DNA of 32,000 nt from positions 4,230,001 through 4,262,000 of the forward strand of contig NZ_CP080507.1 of NCBI RefSeq assembly GCF_019464535.1, read 5' to 3'. Below are positions 28,867-32,000 of the stretch, piece by piece; positions within the stretch are counted from its first letter, which is position 1, and every line of letters starts with the position of its first letter. Position numbers and translations under genes: made by a program. The DNA comes from Horticoccus luteus. Lineage in GTDB: Bacteria > Verrucomicrobiota > Verrucomicrobiia > Opitutales > Opitutaceae. The notes under the pieces were generated by a model that was given only the letters and a program-made list of their open reading frames with translations, made no database searches and had not been told where the DNA came from.

Positions 28867-29869
28867 TTCCAGTTTGCTCGGCCCGGCGCTCGTGACGGGA
28901 GGCACGGGATTTCTTGGGAGCCACGTCGTCGAAAAGCTCCTGGATCAGGGCCGGTCGGTGACCGTTTTGGCCCGTAACCCTGCGCCGACTTGGGAAGCGA
29001 GGGGGGTGCGTTTTGTGCGCGCCGCGTTGGAGGATTCGGCGGCGGTCGCGGAGGCCTGTGCGGGAATGGCCACGGTGTTTCACGTGGCGGCAAAAGTCGG
29101 AGTGTGGGGACGTTACGGGGATTTCTATCGCGCCAATGTGCTGGGCACCCGCGCGATCATCGAAGGCTGCCGCCGACATGCCGTCCCGCGTTTGGTCTAT
29201 ACGAGCACGCCGAGTGTAGTTTACACCGGCTCCGATCTGGCAGGAGTGGATGAATCCCTCCCGCTGACGACCTCGTGCCCGAGCCCTTATCCGTTGACCA
29301 AGGCGATGGCGGAGCGCGAGGTGCTGGCGGCCAACAGTGCGACGCTTCGCACGGTGGCGTTGCGGCCCCATTTGATCTGGGGTGCGGGCGATCCGCACCT
29401 GGTGCCGAGACTGCTCGCTCGCGCGCGGGCGGGCCGCTTGCGCATTATCGGAGCCGGACGGAATCGCGTTGATCTAGTGCACGTGCAAAACGCGTCAGTC
29501 GCGCACCTTTTGGCGGAGACCGCGCTGAGCCGGGCGCCTTCGCCGGCCGCCGGTCGCGCCTATTTCATTACCAACGACGACCCGGTCCTCCTGTGGGAAT
29601 GGATCAATCAGCTGCTTTCGCGAATGGGGCTGGCGGAAGTGAAAAAGCGCGTCCCGCTTCCAATCGCCAGTGCCGCGGGAGCCGTGGCGGAAGAGGTGTG
29701 GCGGGGATTGGCCCTTCAGGGTGAACCGCCGCTCACCCGATTCGTGGCGGCGGAACTCGCCAAAGATCACTGGTTTAATGTGACAGCGGCGAAGCGCGAT
29801 TTGCTCTTTCACCCCGCTGTGTCGATGTCCGCGGGAATGGAATCGTTGGTGGAGAGCCTGCGCGCCTGA
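28853..29869 (+). CDS. oleD: Extended-SDR, 3-beta-hydroxysteroid dehydrogenase/epimerase family reductase of the OleD type
   Basis: Rossmann VTGGTGFLGSHV, catalytic YPLTKAMAE (YxxxK), VFHVAA, LRPHLIWGAGD. TTG 28853 overlaps oleC by 14 nt; TTG 28874 or GTG 28892 are alternatives. Confidence 0.65.
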   Translation: MKSPDSSLLGPALVTGGTGFLGSHVVEKLLDQGRSVTVLARNPAPTWEARGVRFVRAALEDSAAVAEACAGMATVFHVAAKVGVWGRYGDFYRANVLGTRAIIEGCRRHAVPRLVYTSTPSVVYTGSDLAGVDESLPLTTSCPSPYPLTKAMAEREVLAANSATLRTVALRPHLIWGAGDPHLVPRLLARARAGRLRIIGAGRNRVDLVHVQNASVAHLLAETALSRAPSPAAGRAYFITNDDPVLLWEWINQLLSRMGLAEVKKRVPLPIASAAGAVAEEVWRGLALQGEPPLTRFVAAELAKDHWFNVTAAKRDLLFHPAVSMSAGMESLVESLRA

Positions 29870-29974
29870 CGGCGACCGGACCGGAAGCTTATTCGCGCAT
29901 AAGTTGCGATACGTCAGGGTGCATCAGGGTTTACCCCTGTCTGGAGTAAGAAAGTTATTGATAAGATATTCCCA

Positions 29975-32000
29975 ATGCGGTGCCTTTCCCCACCGAATTT
30001 GAGCCGTCGCCGTCCAGTTCCCGCGCGTCAGGTTTCCGTTTCTGCGTTTCAAATCGAAGCGTTGGAAACGCGGCTTTTGTTATCGGCCACTCCCATGGCC
30101 GCGCAAGTTGGAGCGCTGGAACCACTCGTGCAAGTCGTCGAAAACGTCGCGCACCGCCCGACCGCCATTGCGCACGCGGAGCAAGGCTCGGGTCTTTTTG
30201 AAGGCATGGAGCTGGCCCCGGCCGCAGCGGAAAACGCGGCCACCGCCCCGGCGCATCAGGCGCATCGAGAAGTGACGCCAGCGGGTGGCGCGACGGAAGT
30301 GAAAATCTCTGCAGCGCCCGCGCCCGTGTCCGTTGCTGAAAACGGGTCAGTCGCTGCGGCGGCAATTCCCGCGGCACCGACCGAGGTCGCTTCGGCTGCT
30401 TCTCTTTTAGTTCTCACGCTCCACGCCAGCCAGGCGCCTCCGGTCGGCGCGGTTGCAGGTATCGCCACGGGCGATTCGCCTTTGGTGGCGGTGGTTGATC
30501 AAAAACACGCGGCCGCTCCGGCTGCGGGCTCTGTTATCGAAGCAAACGCTTCGACGGGTGTGGTTGCGCTGAACGACCTGACACTCGGTGCGGATGATAC
30601 GGTGCGCATCGGCATCACCGATGCCACGCACTACGGTCAGATTACGGTGAGCGGTGCAGCGACCTTGGGCGGCAAGCTCGATGTTCAGGTCGACGGTGCC
30701 TACCAGCCGCACGCTGGTGACACGTTCGACATTGTTTCTTTTCCCGGCGTGAGCGGCAAGTTCGCCGACGCCTCCGGCCTCGCGGGCTTCGCGGACGGCT
30801 CGCATTATTTTCAAGTGGTGCAAACTGCGACCGGCGTGAAGCTCGTCGTGCGCGAGATCGCCGGCGGCCAGATCGGCGCCTACCTCGCCGGCCAGGCCGA
30901 TCAAGCGCTGCTCGGCAAGGTGCTCAACGGTTCCTATTTCGCGCCGACCAGCGTGACCGTGACGGGCCAGGTGCAGGTTTCCGATTTCGCCTACCTCTCC
31001 GGCACGTTCACGCTTTCCTACACTTCCTTCCTTTCCGTGACCGTGGACGGCGCAGCCAAACAGGTCGAAGCCGTGACGGTCGCGGCGGCGGGCGTCGATC
31101 TGTTCATCGGCACCGGCGGACCTTATTACGAAGCGGGCAACGTGACCAATCCCGGTGCGACCGGCCTTGCGTTGACCGGCGTGGATGTCGCCTTCGCCTG
31201 GTTCAAGCCGACCGACGAGGCTGACACCAGCCGCTACGTCGCCCTCAAGGCCAGCGCCACCGCCGCCACGTTTGTCGGCCTCCCGGACGTGCAGCTCAGC
31301 ATCACCGGTCTCGCGCTCTCTATTAATAGAGCATCTTCCGCGACCTCGACCGAGGAAGCCCCGGCGCCCGTCATCGATTTCAGCGCGCAAGCGGGCGGGG
31401 GCCTCTCAGTTGCCGTGGGCAGCCACACGATCTTGCTCGATTTCGCCAGCCGCGTCACCAGCGCGGCGATCACCGGCGGTGTGCTGCAGATCGCGGACTT
31501 CGTTTACATCAGCGGCGCGTTTGCTTTCACCAAGGGCGTTCAGACGACGGTCGACCTGACCGACGGCTCCACGAAGGCCGTCGATGTGGTCCAAATTGGC
31601 GGCGATCACATCCATCTCTTCGCGGGCGTCGGCGGGCCTTACTGGACCGATTCGAACAACGATGGCGTGATCGACGGCGATGACACACCGGCCGGCGACG
31701 CGGCCATCGGTCTCGCGCTCGGCGATGTTGCGTTTGCCGTCGCGGTTCTTCGTCCGACCGACGTCAACGACACCGCCCGCTACCTGGCGCTCAAGGTCAC
31801 CGCCGATTCCGCCGAACTCGTGGGCGTCGAAAGCATGGTGACGCTTTCAGCCAGCGGCATCTCGGTCGAGGCCAACCGCGCCACCGATCCCTCCAGCACC
31901 GATCCGATCGCGGCGGTGAACTTCTCTCTCTATAATAGTGGCGCCGGTTTCGACGTCAGCACGGGAAGCGGAGACATCGCCCTCACCTATGACCACGCCC
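29975..32000 (+). CDS. Giant repetitive extracellular protein, N-terminal ~675 aa only (runs off the window), with a LEPR-XLL-type N-terminal motif
   Basis: Not in the ORF track (no stop in the window). The frame is open from the TAA at 29900. ATG 29975 gives MRCLSPPNLSRRRPVPARQVSVSAFQIEALETRLLLSA..., with LETRLLLSA at 30062-30088. An Ala/Pro-rich linker follows, then ...GKLDVQVDGAYQPHAGDTFDIVSFPGVSGKF..., then 171-aa tandem units. GC3 is strong. The listed 30407..31390(-) ORF is its shadow. Confidence 0.8.
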   Translation, partial: MRCLSPPNLSRRRPVPARQVSVSAFQIEALETRLLLSATPMAAQVGALEPLVQVVENVAHRPTAIAHAEQGSGLFEGMELAPAAAENAATAPAHQAHREVTPAGGATEVKISAAPAPVSVAENGSVAAAAIPAAPTEVASAASLLVLTLHASQAPPVGAVAGIATGDSPLVAVVDQKHAAAPAAGSVIEANASTGVVALNDLTLGADDTVRIGITDATHYGQITVSGAATLGGKLDVQVDGAYQPHAGDTFDIVSFPGVSGKFADASGLAGFADGSHYFQVVQTATGVKLVVREIAGGQIGAYLAGQADQALLGKVLNGSYFAPTSVTVTGQVQVSDFAYLSGTFTLSYTSFLSVTVDGAAKQVEAVTVAAAGVDLFIGTGGPYYEAGNVTNPGATGLALTGVDVAFAWFKPTDEADTSRYVALKASATAATFVGLPDVQLSITGLALSINRASSATSTEEAPAPVIDFSAQAGGGLSVAVGSHTILLDFASRVTSAAITGGVLQIADFVYISGAFAFTKGVQTTVDLTDGSTKAVDVVQIGGDHIHLFAGVGGPYWTDSNNDGVIDGDDTPAGDAAIGLALGDVAFAVAVLRPTDVNDTARYLALKVTADSAELVGVESMVTLSASGISVEANRATDPSSTDPIAAVNFSLYNSGAGFDVSTGSGDIALTYDHA
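30983..32000 (+). repeat. Tandem ~171-aa protein repeat units inside the giant exoprotein (unit 1 30983-31495; unit 2 31496 to beyond 32000)
   Basis: Anchors recur with a 513-nt period. They are: DFAYLSGTFT / DFVYISGAFA; VDLFIGTGGPYY / IHLFAGVGGPYW; GLALTGVDVAFAWFKPTDEADTSRYVALKASATAATFVG / GLALGDVAFAVAVLRPTDVNDTARYLALKVTADSAELVG; LSITGLALSINRA / LSASGISVEANRA. Confidence 0.7.

Noticed and set aside
30407-31390. 327-aa - strand ORF in the track
   Set aside because: It is the shadow of the + strand giant exoprotein frame, which shows repeat structure, strong GC3 bias and a recognisable N-terminal motif.

Overview
High-GC chromosomal core region. It is probably from a Verrucomicrobiota/PVC-type bacterium; this is an inference from the Shine-Dalgarno-less leaders, a LEPR-XLL giant protein and Ig-repeat exoproteins. 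I call 30 protein-coding genes, and every one from 1744 to 23508 is on the + strand. In order they are: a partial ABC solute-binding protein and ilvA (-), then an orphan RelE/ParE-like gene, pssA, dnaN, a membrane hypothetical, mnmE, mnmG, trmB and a complete F1Fo ATP synthase operon atpBEFHAGDC (no atpI). These are followed by a ~1185-aa secreted protein with six Ig-like modules and a duplicated C-terminal module. Next come feoA-feoA-feoB plus a 56-aa Cys-rich membrane peptide that is below the ORF-track cutoff, then nagB, queE-queC (-), an HDAC-family deacetylase, rnd and an oleC/oleD-like pair. The window ends with the 5' end of a giant repetitive exoprotein carrying an N-terminal LEPR-XLL-type motif; it runs off the window and is absent from the ORF track. 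I found no rRNA, tRNA, CRISPR array, transposase/integrase or recognisable defence genes. Most long ORFs antisense to these genes are high-GC shadow ORFs. There is no clear-cut novel system. The most interesting candidates are the stand-alone oleC-oleD pair, the two large repeat exoproteins (including an uncharacterised duplicated 'LTNLSTR' module), the partnerless RelE/ParE-fold gene abutting pssA, and several structured intercistronic elements plus an unusual b/delta configuration inside the atp operon. All functional calls rest on motif recognition by eye; no searches were run.
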